DNA of 63,991 nucleotides, the filler included, from Asterionella formosa (Eukaryota): assembly GCA_002256025.1 (NCBI GenBank). It is 8 parts of 8 records of this genome, joined end to end, with 100 filler letters (N's around TTAATTAATTAA, not from the genome) between each part and the next. Parts side by side here need not be neighbours in the genome. Positions count along the whole stretch, not along the records: positions 1 to 7,947 come from NKIB01012358.1; positions 8,048 to 15,989 come from NKIB01012359.1; 6 more parts are not named here. The stretch is one strand, 5' to 3'. Below the pieces are notes generated by a model, which saw only the letters and a list, made by a program, of their open reading frames with translations, searched no databases and was not told where the DNA came from. Positions 1 through 12,200 of this stretch are shown piece by piece; positions within the stretch are counted from its first letter, which is position 1; every line of letters begins with the position of its first letter. A program made the position numbers and the translations under genes.

Positions 1-492
1 TGGTGATACTCACCATATGCAGTAGCGGCATGGGTGGGTCTTGGTCAGATTGTGAGGACGAGTTAAATTCATTTGACTTTGGCTTGCCAGATTCCAACAT
101 TGAAGTATGAATATCAGTGATCTGTGATAGGGAAACCCTGCGGGAAAATTTGGCTAGTTGATTGTTGTTGCGTGTACTGAGAAACCAACCCGAGAATGAT
201 GAGCAGCTGGAATTTTCCCAGAAGATTCTACCATGTATGTACAATGGCAACAATTTATTTTTGACACCGATAAAAGCCATAATATCTATTACATTTCATG
301 ACCTCCATTATGAGCTACCGGTAGTATTGTAGTAATACTAGTCTCGAGACAACAAATTCACAAACCTCGGCAAACGACTTGATAGACAATTCTTATACAA
401 TCAACCTGCAATGTCAAGCAAAAACGATCAAAATGTCCTGTTGTAAACGCATGTGCAATATGGACATACCTGTACTTGACTACCGGTACAGA

Positions 493-570
493 GGAAGGTC
501 CGGTAAAACACTTTTTACTTCAGAAAAGATAAGATTAAGTAAGCTAAATATCTCGATCACCGGACATTCC
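493..570. mobile_element. Tiny MITE (family A, GGAAGGTCCGGT TIR) with 5-bp ACAGA flanking duplication
   Basis: GGAAGGTCCGGT ... ACCGGACATTCC termini (1 mismatch); ACAGA at 488-492 and 571-575; an inverted homolog lies at 43338-43402. Confidence 0.6.
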
Positions 571-706
571 ACAGAAGCTGATACCAGGTAGACCAGACGT
601 CCAAATTTACCGGTACTTCAAGCAAAATCTTGCTTAAATAGTCCTTCGTCATTCATTTGTACATGCTGCCTACGTCACTGCATACGGAAAGAAATTGAGC
701 TCCAGG

Positions 707-3700
707 TGAAGTATCTAACTAGAAGTAGAAGTATTTGTTGATTTTAGTTTATCATTGTGTGCAACTCGTTCACTCTCCCACACCAAGGGAAAACCTTTTA
801 CCTTTGAAAAGGTTTGATGCAATGAATATTGATTTGTTCCGTAGTATGCATGGTTTGTTGAAAAGTAACTATAGTACCATTGGCATATACTTGAATATTA
901 GAATAAGGACCTCGTCCACAGCCACCCAAGGTACTAGTGGGATTATCCAATAGGATTAAAATCTCGTCACCAACTTTGTAATCACAAGAACATTGATGGA
1001 AATTAGCACAACGTAGACATTTGTCAATAATCACTTGTCAACATTGATATCCCGATATTAATTGCATATCTGTAATCAAAGGAATATTTAATATCATATC
1101 ATCTTGGAAAACCCAGCCATCTTCCTGGTGAAATACGCAATGTACTATAAATAGTAGCTCGAGCTCCATATGATGCAGCTGCAAAACATGTATCCACGAT
1201 ATTCTGAGCTTGAAATTCCTTGATTGGAGGAGATGAGCAAGCCTTTAACATGACTCGTAGACTGTTACTGATAGATTGATGTAAATGTTCACAGATCGCA
1301 TGCATTTGTTTGTGAATGATTGACTGTAATAGTCTCATTTTTAATTCCATTCAACACTAACATGTGTATGAAAGGAACACCAGTAAATTCACCTCCATTG
1401 TCATGTATACAACGTTCTGGACGGAGATATCTGTCCAACCAATCATTTTCAAATTTCATTGCAATATATTCTGATGACTTATTATTGATACGTGAAATTT
1501 CTGCCAAATTGGTGACCGTATCAATACAAGTTAGAGCACGAAATTCAATCGCTTGAGTAGCCACTGTTATCTTTTTCCATGGACCAATTAAATCTACTGC
1601 GACTTCTGACCATTGTAATCACAATGCATTCCTGGTGGAAGTTCACCAAAAACCAGCACCAGGTAATTTTGTACGTTTCGACATGCTTCATATATGCTTG
1701 CAATATGTTCCACTATTGCTTTTAATGGTGGACAATATAAAATGTGTAGAAATTGTAGCAGTTAATCTTGTCATGCCCACATGAGCTAACATCTGATGAT
1801 ACCAATTAATGATAGGATCCAATAGTGATGTAGGAATAGAAATATGCCAAGTATCTCCTGAATTCTTAACAAAACATATTAAATGTATATCATGAAAATT
1901 AATAGAGGGAAATTTTAATGGAAGTGTTTGTTGATTGAGAATCAATTGTATATCCAGCAATTGTTTATCATGTATTGAATTATAATCCAGAGGATATTGA
2001 ATATTGTCTGCCAAGATTAGATGATTGAGGAAACAGGTAAACAGAGGTTCATCATCTGGTAATTCAATTGAGAAAGTAGAAGTGGATGTTGATGTTGCAG
2101 ATTTCGGCCAAATATCATCCCCCACCGAAGACTCAAGTCTTGGGAGGCAAGAGATAGAATCTGTAATAGTTAGCATTATCAGTACCCTTCACATCGTGAA
2201 AAGTAAAAAAAAGATATTCTTCAATATAAAGCCTCCATTGGAGAAGACGTTGAGTGTCTGTGTAGGGTATCATAAATAAAAATATAATGCTCAGTGTGAA
2301 CATGTAGAACCACATTCAATGACATGGCGCGAAATTCTTTGAAAATATCTTAATTGAAAATCAGAAACATCAGTACAAATATGGAAAGGAAAATTACGAT
2401 GAAGATAACACATGAGTGTATCTGCAACATCTGCAACTAAAAATGCTTTCATTGATTCAAAAGCTTTTTGATGTATTCATAGGTATCCAGACAAATGGAC
2501 CAGTTCCATTTAAATCCTTTTTTAATTTTGAAGACCAAAATTTGAGGTCGGTTGGAGTTTATCAATATCCCAATCAGTCAGTTTCTTCAACAGACCATTT
2601 CATTTTGGAATTGTGCTTGATGACTTGTGGTTAAATAAATTTATTTCAGCCATAACAGCGCAACAGCGCGCAGCTTTGTTCCGTATCTGTATAGTTAGGA
2701 GCTTGAATGTTCCATGTGTAAACAAATTCCTTGATAGGTGTATCAAAATATAACAATCCATTGTGCAAATGTTCTGTGCGAATCATTATAGGAATGCATG
2801 ACATGCAGAAAAACACTGATATATCCACCATACAGACAGGACATGGTATTTGTAAATTATCCGTCATAAATTAATCAGCTGGACAAATGAGCAAACTCGC
2901 AGAAGGTACTAAGACCAGGTACTTCTGTTGCAAGATACAAGCTGACGGATTAAATTTTGGGAGCATCATGCTGAGTACTGCTGGCAAAGGAAGAAAAGAT
3001 GGGATCATACCTGCTATGCATGGTATATATTAATTATAAATGTTCGATTTACAACGAAATGTCCTGAAGTGCAATCCATTCATAAGTTAAAGATCAGGAC
3101 CCACCGCGATCAAGTAATATTCATCTTATGTCATGTATACACAACGCAGCCACCAATGCTTGGGTTGCTAATGACATGGGAATGAAATGCAATTAAGCTT
3201 ATGCATTCTTAGGCAAAGAAAGAATGAGACCGGAATCAGGCCTTGAGATGTGCATATGGAATGATATATTGAATCTACCTTTGCATTTTAAAATATCCCA
3301 TGCTACAATAGCGGTGATATCCAACCTGTAATTATCCTGTAAATAACAAATGTTATCCAGGTAATGATTGACATAAGAAATATTCAATGTGCTGTCACTT
3401 ATAATTTTATATATGTATATAGAGTAATAATTTTTAAAATCATAGCATTGTTGCTATTGTTGCACATACTTCTGTTAAGGCGATCTGTTCAGCATTCTGC
3501 TGATTTTTATTAGACACATAGGCCACTAGCTGACCAACAGGAGGGTTTATGACCACTAAAATTTCCTGGGCAGATTCATAAAAGTCGGCAGGTATGGCCC
3601 TTGGCACAGTATGCTAACCAGACATCATCATAGGGTTAACCCATGGATTTGCTTGTATAAATATGCACGGAAGAAAAACATGAATAAGGTTAGCTGTGTC

Positions 3701-5062
3701 AGTATGATAATTCCCTCTGCGTAGAATTTCCATGCCAGAGAGCAGGAACAGGGTTAATAGTGTTAGTAATGTTAACTAAATGGGGCTTATGTTTGACCGC
3801 TGTTTCACATCCCATGCGTGATCAGCTGCATTAAAATACATGTGTCCTGCCATTGCCACTTAGTATAAAATTATCATGTGCAAATTGAAGCTTGAAATTG
3901 TTGTTTTCTCGGTGCATCACAGGACTGCATTTAGCAATGCGAAGACGATCTTTTGTTGAAATTGACACTAGTCACGCTTGTTTTCTTGATGCATCACGGG
4001 ATTGTCTTCAACTTCAATTATTTATATACGATTTTGTGTTAGAAAATTGACACCAGGCACGCGCATTCTCTCGACATAACACGATTGCCTTCAGCAATGC
4101 AAAGTCGATTTCGGCTGAAGCTAGAACTCATGCTTGAGGATATGCTTGAGTTGATCGTTGCATGATTGGTGACTCTTGAAGTAAGTAAAAAAAACCCAAG
4201 TGAATCAATTAATTTGTGTTCTTTGCATTGTTCCATTCAAACACTTGTTGCCACGCGTTGTCAATAGAGCAAAATGACAATCAGCCTCAAATCTTTCTTG
4301 GCGGAGACCTCTTGATCTTCTGGATGAGGTATTATGAGTTTTAGGAACTTCTTTAAGGTCTCGAGACAGGCAGCAACATTCATCAACAGCACGATGAACG
4401 GTTTTATCGAGTATTATCAAAAAATCCACATCCACTGATGCTGACTCTCAAAGCAACATATCATGAGCACAATAATACTCCGGCCATCTCACCATGATTT
4501 TGTTGAGACTGTCATAGGACTGAGCATCTGAGTGTATTCCAACGCTCATCCAGTCAGACAAGGCGATATCTATAAGGCATATTCTGTAGCAGTGGGAGAA
4601 CAAGCAAGGAATCTGCTGGACTGAAGATATGCATATGTGTTAGCCATATCACAGGATTTACTGAAATCAATCAACAAGCTTCCCTAGAGCGTCAATCGAT
4701 CATATCTTTGTTGAAAGACTCCAAATATCGACCTGGCTTGTAAGGATACACAAAGAGGTCTGAGTCTTGATGTTTAGTATGTTGTTATCCTTCATCAATG
4801 GGACCACTGGAACTTGAGAGGACATCAACATTATTAATTCTAATCGGACTCTTTTTTGAAATCAAAGTGAAGTATCTAACTAGGAGTATTATTTTTTGTT
4901 GAATATATGAGCTTTTAAGTTAATCCTTGTGTGCAACTTGTTCTCTAAGTCGACACCAAAGTATACAATAAGGGTTAGTCGAGTTCTCTCATTATTGAGT
5001 TCTGATATATGTGATATAACACTAACCCTATATACATCTGCATTGATGTGGAAGATCGCTCA
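707..5062 (-). mobile_element. Full-length, decayed Ty3/Gypsy LTR retrotransposon with 5-bp CCAGG target-site duplication
   Basis: Homologous TG...CA LTRs at 4868-5062 (5' LTR) and 707-772 (3' LTR, internally deleted). CCAGG lies at 702-706 and 5063-5067. A purine-rich PPT (minus strand GGTGTGGGAGAG, 773-784) abuts the 3' LTR. Minus-strand pol fragments occur in RNase H then integrase order. Confidence 0.9.
798..2600 (-). pseudogene. Gypsy pol remnant (RNase H, integrase core and GPY/F domain), frameshifted
   Basis: Fragments RLLQWRLYIEEY, IINWYHQMLAHVGMTRL (integrase zinc-binding region), ALTCIDTVTNLAE, PERCIHDNGGEFTG and DYKVGDEIL...GPY...NGT...INIHCIKPF. No chromodomain follows before the stop. 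Confidence 0.9.
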
Positions 5063-6239
5063 CCAGGTACCAGTACACTCCTGCCATCAACAGTTGACCG
5101 GTTTTCATATGTAGCAGCATAATATAGGTTTGCTATTAGGTACATATGATATTAAGCAAAATAGCTATAGAAAAAACAATTGTAGAAACAATTCGAACTC
5201 TTCATCTTGCTTTGTTGTGCTACTATAGTGCTACTTTTATTTTTGAAGGCATATTCCATTGCTGTTCTTTTTGTCCAAGCAAGCTTGGTGGCAAACTCTT
5301 CTGACTTCTCTGCTTTACCAAAAGTCTTCATGGAGTGACATTAGGAATGTTCCCCAATCCCTGCCTTCACACTAGTGCTTGCCCTTTCCATAGCGTGCAC
5401 TATTGGATCAGACTCCTTGTTTGCAGATTTGGCTCCATTTAAATTATTTGCTTTCATTTTTGGTTGGTCTTCTTTGATTTTGCTTCATATACTCCTGAAT
5501 CTTGGTATATAAATTATTGAAATTAATTGTTGAAATACCGGTATCGTTGGTACATACTTCATTTGCATAAGGGTCATTCAGAAAATCTATTGAAATTTGC
5601 CCACAAGTTTTAGTCATTGTCAGAAAATTCTATTTTAGTCAGCAAGTTCTAGTTGATGTCAGAAAGTCCTAAACGTAGAATGACTCATATTTATATTCCG
5701 AAGCAAGACGACGGTTTGCTGAACCGGTTGATCAGGCAGCAAATCTGAGTCGTGTTCAGAGTTTGATTCTGCAAATCGTCATCGGTCAATGCGAGTAATG
5801 TTTTCCTAAATTACTTGAGGAATATTTTTCTGATCGAAAGCTGGCCTATCTCGGAGTCCAGCAGGCATGGGACAAATCATTGGGAGTGAATTTTGCACAT
5901 AAAAGGTGCGCTACCAGACCTTCCTGGAGTACTGGTACTGAATACACACACCATATCTTTGCCTCTCATTCTCCATGTTTTTCGAATCAAGATTCCCTCA
6001 GTCATCATTAACTGTGTCAATGTGGTCAGACATGCAGCATAGCATGGTAACTGTAAGTACTTTTACTACATTGAATATTACAATCAGCATAGAATTCGGT
6101 ATTAAGTGTAGCTAGCTAAGTTATGAAGTGTGACTGACTATTTGTGTTCCAGGTAATCTGGATCTCAAATGTTTCGGAGGACTCAAATATAGTTGTTCAC
6201 ACTGTTCTGACCGGGTAGGGCTGGGTGGGGGATCATGAA

Positions 6240-6470
6240 AAAATTGGCCCTGGCAGCTTGAAGGCCTTCCCATGGTCCAATTCAGTCCTATTTGCAAAAT
6301 CAATGAGATTACTATATCTGAGCCAGATTCACATACCAGTATGTAAACCCTTTCCTGCCACTTAGCTAGTCTACCGTAATCCTTCAACTGTCACAACCGC
6401 GTCCTTGCAGGACTTAGATGTGACGCACGGCCTATTGTTAGCATTTACTTCGGATCATGCTCGTCTGAGT
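6240..6470 (-). repeat. Dispersed repeat (unidentified decayed coding element), homolog at about 27850-28070
   Basis: Shared blocks such as GGCCTTCCCATGGTCCAATTC, TCCTTGCAGG..TTAGATGTGA..CACGGC.TATTGTTAGC.TTTACTTCGGA; both copies translate to SEVNANN(R/K)PC.TSK.CK and NWTMGRP. Confidence 0.7.
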
Positions 6471-6578
6471 TGAAACACAGAAGAACTCTTGATTCCTGAT
6501 TCCCAGTTAGGTCTCCACTTTGCGTGAAGACATCATTTCCATACTAGTCGTTGTGCTTGATGGAACAACGCACAATTA

Positions 6579-7061
6579 GATACCAAGGTTGATAACCTTC
6601 GCTCAGACATTTGATAAAGAACAATGGTGAAGGGCGAATTCTATCAAGTTTTCCCTATGTTTACCAAACAACTTGGTAAACACTAGACTAGGAATGATTG
6701 GAGAGACAAATCAATCTGTCTAAAGCATTGAAGAATAATCGAATCATCCTATTAAAGGATTGAGGAACAATCTAATCATCATATTGCAGATACCTGAAAG
6801 AAGTATCTCAGTAGAGGAACATCTATGTCCTAGAATCTATCTAGGCTAGATGGATATATGTTACAAGGAAGAGGATGTAATCTACTTCGCTACAGCTGTA
6901 GGAACTACGAAGAACCTCGCCTCCAAGGAACAAAGAACAAATTCATTTCAGAAACATGTAGGAGTTGCCATGTTTCAATCGAAACTACATTTCAAAATTA
7001 CATTTAGTTTAAGCTCACTCTTTTAGAAAACACACAAGAGAAACTACTAAGATTGTCAACA
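6579..7061 (-). mobile_element. Probable Copia-like 5' LTR plus tRNA-iMet primer binding site
   Basis: On the minus strand it starts TGTTGACA (7061), ends TATCAAC(C) at about 6587 and is followed by TGGTATC (6585-6579). No internal coding region was recognised. Confidence 0.5.
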
Positions 7062-7195
7062 GAATATTAAAATCGTAAATTGTACTCCGTACTCATACTA
7101 CTCACCGAGTTGATTTCTAACTGTCTGCACCTATTTCCTCATTGGCGTTAGCCATACATCGTCTCACCAGCAGGAAGCTTCATAACCGTCAATTG

Positions 7196-7650
7196 TGTAC
7201 CAGGATACCAGGCACCTTGTTATCTGGTACCCTGGTACCTGGTACCAGATACTCCTTTGTAAGCAAGGTTAGCTACCGGTACAAGGTACCTGGTACCTGG
7301 TACCAGATATCTTGTACGGAGTAACTGTTCCATCAGGGACTGCAAGTTGCGGTCATTTTGCTTAAACTAACATTTTAATCTCGGATGAAGATAGCTAAAT
7401 CTTTAGTTTCAGCAAAATTACCGCAACTTGCTGTTACTGGTAATGGTACCCCCGGTATTTTGGTACTCACCTGGTTACTTGGAATGGCATCTGGTATCTG
7501 GTATCTGAGATACCTGACACGAGTACAGGTACTTGTACCAGGTAGCTCCCCAGGGACCTGGTACCAGTTAACTGTACGCACCCGGTCCTGGTGCCAGGTA
7601 TGTGGTCCCTGGTGTCTACCAGAACCAGGTACTCCGCCCAGGTGATCCAT
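7196..7650. repeat. Degenerate (TACCAGG/CCTGGTA)n palindromic array
   Basis: Runs such as CTGGTACCCTGGTACCTGGTACCAG and GGTACCTGGTACCTGGTACCAG; the array lies upstream of the ATG at 7826. Confidence 0.85.
7343..7430. mobile_element. 88-bp MITE (family B) with 27-bp TIRs and 3-bp CTG duplication, possibly PIF/Harbinger-like
   Basis: CAAGTTGCGGTCATTTTGCTTAAACTA ... TAGTTTCAGCAAAATTACCGCAACTTG (2 mismatches); CTG at 7340-7342 and 7431-7433; second copy at 43130-43217. Confidence 0.8.
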
Positions 7651-7825
7651 TAAGTTTACTCCTACAGGGCGGTGTAATTACCGTACATAGCCATATTATC
7701 ATAAAGAAGGTGAGGTTTAATAATAATAATAATACTGTACCCCCGTACGCCCCCTGGGTATATCATATGATCACTCACTTATTTTCAAGGCTCTGTCTGT
7801 ATTCATTTGATTAGATCCAACCACC

Positions 7826-7947
7826 ATGCGCTCCACACAAACTTGCATTCTTTTTCTGGTCAGTCTTTCCCTCTCGTTGGCGTCTGCCAGAAAGATAACC
7901 AGTACTCCTTTGGATGCTCTTGATTACCGCATCTTTCCTCGACGGAC
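7826..7947 (+). CDS. 5' fragment of a secreted or ER-targeted protein, cut by the contig end
   Basis: CCACCATG context; MRSTQTCILFLVSLSLSLASA signal-peptide-like start; open to the gap. Confidence 0.45.
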
Positions 7948-8047
7948 NNNNNNNNNNNNNNNNNNNNNNNNNNNNNNNNNNNNNNNNNNNNTTAATTAAT
8001 TAANNNNNNNNNNNNNNNNNNNNNNNNNNNNNNNNNNNNNNNNNNNN
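7948..8047. other. Assembly linker (N44-TTAATTAATTAA-N44), repeated at 15990-16089, 24003-24102, 32007-32106, 40031-40130, 48051-48150 and 56056-56155
   Basis: Identical 100-bp spacer with stops in all six frames; the intervening segments are 7904-7942 bp long. Confidence 0.97.
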
Positions 8048-8366
8048 GTTGGATCAGCAGTAGACAACTCAACAATATCTTCGACGTCCTCATCAGCTAC
8101 AACGCATTGCGTCTCTTCCGAATCAATGCGAATAGAGGCAGCATCAGAAGTTTCAGCCGTACCCACTACTTTGCTGCTTATTGCGCCAATTAATCGAGAT
8201 ATAGTCGATGTCGGAAGATTGGTATAGAGATGAGCGGACTACTGATTCTTGTATGACTCACGAAGCTGAAAGGTAATGTATACAGAGTACCGTAGTATAT
8301 ATATAACAAAAAATAGTTGGCGCAATATTTAATAGTGTTGTGCTTGCGTATTTACAGTTATTTTAT

Positions 8367-8560
8367 CAGTGGCAACGGACGTGATACACAGTGATCAACG
8401 GCTTGATCAGTGATACAGCATTGGTCAGGGGTCCAAAAACTGTATCAGTGATACACCCATGATACACCGGTGATCAGACCAAAAAAACCGTTGGTGATAC
8501 ACAAAAAAAAACCAAACCGCCATTTTTGTATCATATTTCGGCGATGATACACCAATGACA
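8367..8560. repeat. TGATACAC-rich array resembling a DNA-transposon subterminal region
   Basis: Starts CAGTGG with several TGATACAC/TGATCA motifs in both orientations; no partner end found. Confidence 0.35.
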
Positions 8561-9211
8561 ACAAATAACAGAATGATAAGAACGGCCCTAACTAACGAAG
8601 AAAACCCTTTCAATGACCTCACGTTCTGATTGGATTCTATATCTCATGCATCCAGAATCAGCGAACCGACGTTTGATGGTCGCAGGTGATACTTGTACAT
8701 AACTCGTGAGTATTTAGACGATGCCAATTTGTCTGCAGATTTACTTGTAAAATTACCGGTGGTACCTGGTAGTTAAGTACAGTTACTGAACTAACTAAAT
8801 CCATACTGTACCTGGTATACAATATATAAACATGACTACCGTATTACCATACTATCCACACAGGAAACTCATGCATAAAATCATGTTTGCCTGTACACGT
8901 CGTCACTGTAACTAAACAAACTCTTTTTTGTTTGCAGTCGATTTCTCAGGTGAATCAGATTGTTATATCGGTATACCGTATATATCTGAGGTAGAGAGAG
9001 AAATCAGAATACCGGTAGTTACCAATTGTTTCAGCATTATATATAATCCAAGCGAAAGCCAACTACCGGTAATAAATAGTACATGATAAAAACAGAGAAA
9101 ACAAGCAAGGCATCGCGTTCAGAAACGTGCCACGACAAGTGGACAAGCAGCAAAATTTATCTATAAACCATCATAAGGCTAGTACCGTCGACTACTATAG
9201 AACAGCCGACG

Positions 9212-12200
9212 ATGAATGCAAAAATGGCAGAGGCAGCACCAACCTTACTAACAATAGGGACAAAGACGGCTAGACGCTTTTCGTTCCTCGGACGCACGTC
9301 TTTAGATCTTACATCACCACCTCCAGCTCAAGCTGTCGAAGATGACCAATCGTCTGTTCATCTTTCAGAAATAGAAGAGCATGTGCATGAGCTTCGGCGT
9401 AGTTCGATCTGTCACGACACCGTCGTAGATGAAACGATTATTGCCAAGAAAGAAACGAGACGTGTCTTCGTGCTCAAGTGTTTGGTCATTTGTCTACTTG
9501 TCGTTGTGGCCATTGCGCTTTCCGCTGTGACGTTTTCAATCTTATCAAGCCGCCAACAAGATAACTATCGAGCGGAATTTCGATATTACGCCAATAAGAT
9601 TTTGGTGGCAACTCATGATGCTGCAAGGTTAACTGCGTGGACGGCGCAGTCCGTAGCTGCGGCATATACAAGTGAGTTGAGGAGGACACCAGAAAGATGG
9701 CCTAATGTAACTCTGTGGGACTTTGAACAAAGGGTTTTGGGAGCAAGTCATTTAGCAAAGGCAGATTTCATTGCGTTCTCTCCCCTTGTCACGAATGAAG
9801 CCAGACTGGGGTGGGAAGAGTATGCTAATGAGCACTTGTCATGGTTGGATGACAGTTTGGGGACTGTAGAAGTTAGTGTCGATGGAAGGTCAACATACAG
9901 TAGCGAATTTCTCAATGCAACGACACAAGCAAATCAAACCAACCCTAGCTTCTGTGTAGGTGTTGGACCGTCATCTACCATTGGCTGTCGTCATGTCTCC
10001 GAGGGTATTTGGTCCTTCGACTTGAACAACACTTCAGTGACTGCCACTGGCAAAGGTCCATTTCTGCCGATCTGGCAATTGGCTCCTTGGAGCGTATTGA
10101 TGAAAGCGCAGATAACCATGGCAGATGCTTTCAGCATTCCCATCATTAATAGGGCATTCAAGACTGTTGTGGAGACTCAAGTGCCTGAACTCTCCGAGAC
10201 ATTATTTGATTCATCACTTGATCCAGAACCACATTTATTCCTTATCTACCCCGTCTTTGACTCATTTAACAACAACAAGAAAAAGGTTGTGGGCACTATC
10301 AGTATACACTTAAAATGGAGCACATTTTTCAATAATCTTTTTGAGAATGGGACCGTCAGATTTGTTACGGTTGTCGAGAACTCCTGTGGCCAAGCCTTTA
10401 CTTTCGACATTGACGGTCCAGAGGCGACATTTATTGGATCTGGTGATTTCCACGATCCTACTTTTAGAAGTGATGAGCTAAATTGGACTATTGGTTTCGA
10501 TAAGAGCAAATCCAACGTCTCCTTTTGGAACTCCATGACAGGACATGATGAACCTTTCGATCTCGACAACGGAACACTACAACATTGTTCCTATGTTGTC
10601 CATGTCTATCCTACGCAACTGTTTAGCAACTATTACAGAACCAAGACACCGGCAATTGCAACCACAATTGTGGCCTGTATTTTTTTCTTTGTCATTACCG
10701 TTTTCTTGTGTTACGACTTCCTTGTGGAGCGACGTCAATCAGTCGTTCTCCAATCAGCGACAAAATCAATTTCTCTAATTAATTCCCTCTTTCCTCGAAT
10801 GGTCCGTGATCGCGTCATGCAGAGGCGGTCAAATGAGGAAGGTACTTGTGACTCGGTCCACCGAGATCCTTCACTGTCTAAATCGAGCGACTTCATGCAG
10901 GCACGCGACAAGTCCAAAACCAACAAGATAGTTCTCAATACTATGATGGGAAATCCGAAGTTACGGCTCAAATCTTTTCTTACTCAAGTTGCAACCGCTG
11001 CAAAAAGAACGGGCGACGACGACGACGAGGAACCAATTGCCGAGCTTTTCTCTGACACAACAGTCATGTTTGCTGACATTGCTGGTTTCACCGCCTGGAG
11101 TTCCGAACGCGAACCCACCCAAGTTTTTCGCTTGCTCGAGACACTATATCGCGCCTTCGACGATATTGCCACTCGATTTGGTGTCTTCAAAATCGAGACG
11201 ATTGGGGATTGTTATGTAGCCGTGGCTGGGCTACCAGACCCAAATGAACATCATGCTGCCGTTATGACGTGGTTTGCCTACGAATGCGTGAGGCAAATGA
11301 AGTCACTAGTCAACGAATTAGAAGTGAAGCTTGGACCAGGTACGTCTGATCTTAGGCTCCGAGTGGGGCTTCACAGTGGTCCAGTGACCGCTGGTGTCTT
11401 GCGTGGAGAAAAGGAGCGATTCCAATTGTTTGGAGATACCATGAATACAGCTGCCCGGATGGAGAGTACGGGTGCCATCAACTTAATTCACGCGTCGTAC
11501 GAGACAGCGCAATTGCTGATTGCGGATGACAAGGGAAGCTGGGTGACGCCTCGTGATGGAGTTGTCTTTGCCAAGGGAAAGGGTGAGATGCAAACGTATT
11601 GGCTCAAGCCACGCCGAGATGGTTCAGTGAAGAGCCAAGGAGTCGGAAGAATCGACAACAACGAGTCATCATGCGGTAGCAGCACGATTGATACTCAACC
11701 AAGACACACGTTTCCCTATGGCAAGGCTTCAGAATATTACCGAAAGTACAAGTCTTCCGTTTTTGAACCGAACGTAGAAATAGGCTCCACGCGTTGGGGC
11801 AGTTTGAGTCTCAACGAATCCTTGTCGAGCAGGCCGGGTATTAGCAATCACAGGCGTGACCTCAAGAAACGGTCACGTCTAGTGGATTGGAATGTTGATC
11901 TTCTTCTTGGTTTTCTGGTCAAGGTTGTGTCGAACCGAATACAAAAGGAAGAGGGGACCAAGCAGAGATCAATATCCGAAGAAGGGCACCTCATTGGATG
12001 TGATGACCAATCACAAAATTCCACCTCGATTCTTCAAGAAGTTACAGAGGTGATCGAGTTGCCAAGTTTTGAGCAACAATATCCAACACACCTGATGACG
12101 GAGGATGTAACTTTGTCCCCGTTGATTCGTGTGCAGCTTCACGACTTTGTCACAAGAATCGCCGCAATGTATCGGGATCACCCGTTTCATAACCTCGAGC

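Noticed and set aside
7142..7814. Short ORFs with VPGT/RYQV repeats (also 39314-39508, 52459-52755, 60075-60310)
   Set aside because: These are translations of the 7-bp TACCAGG repeat, not genes.
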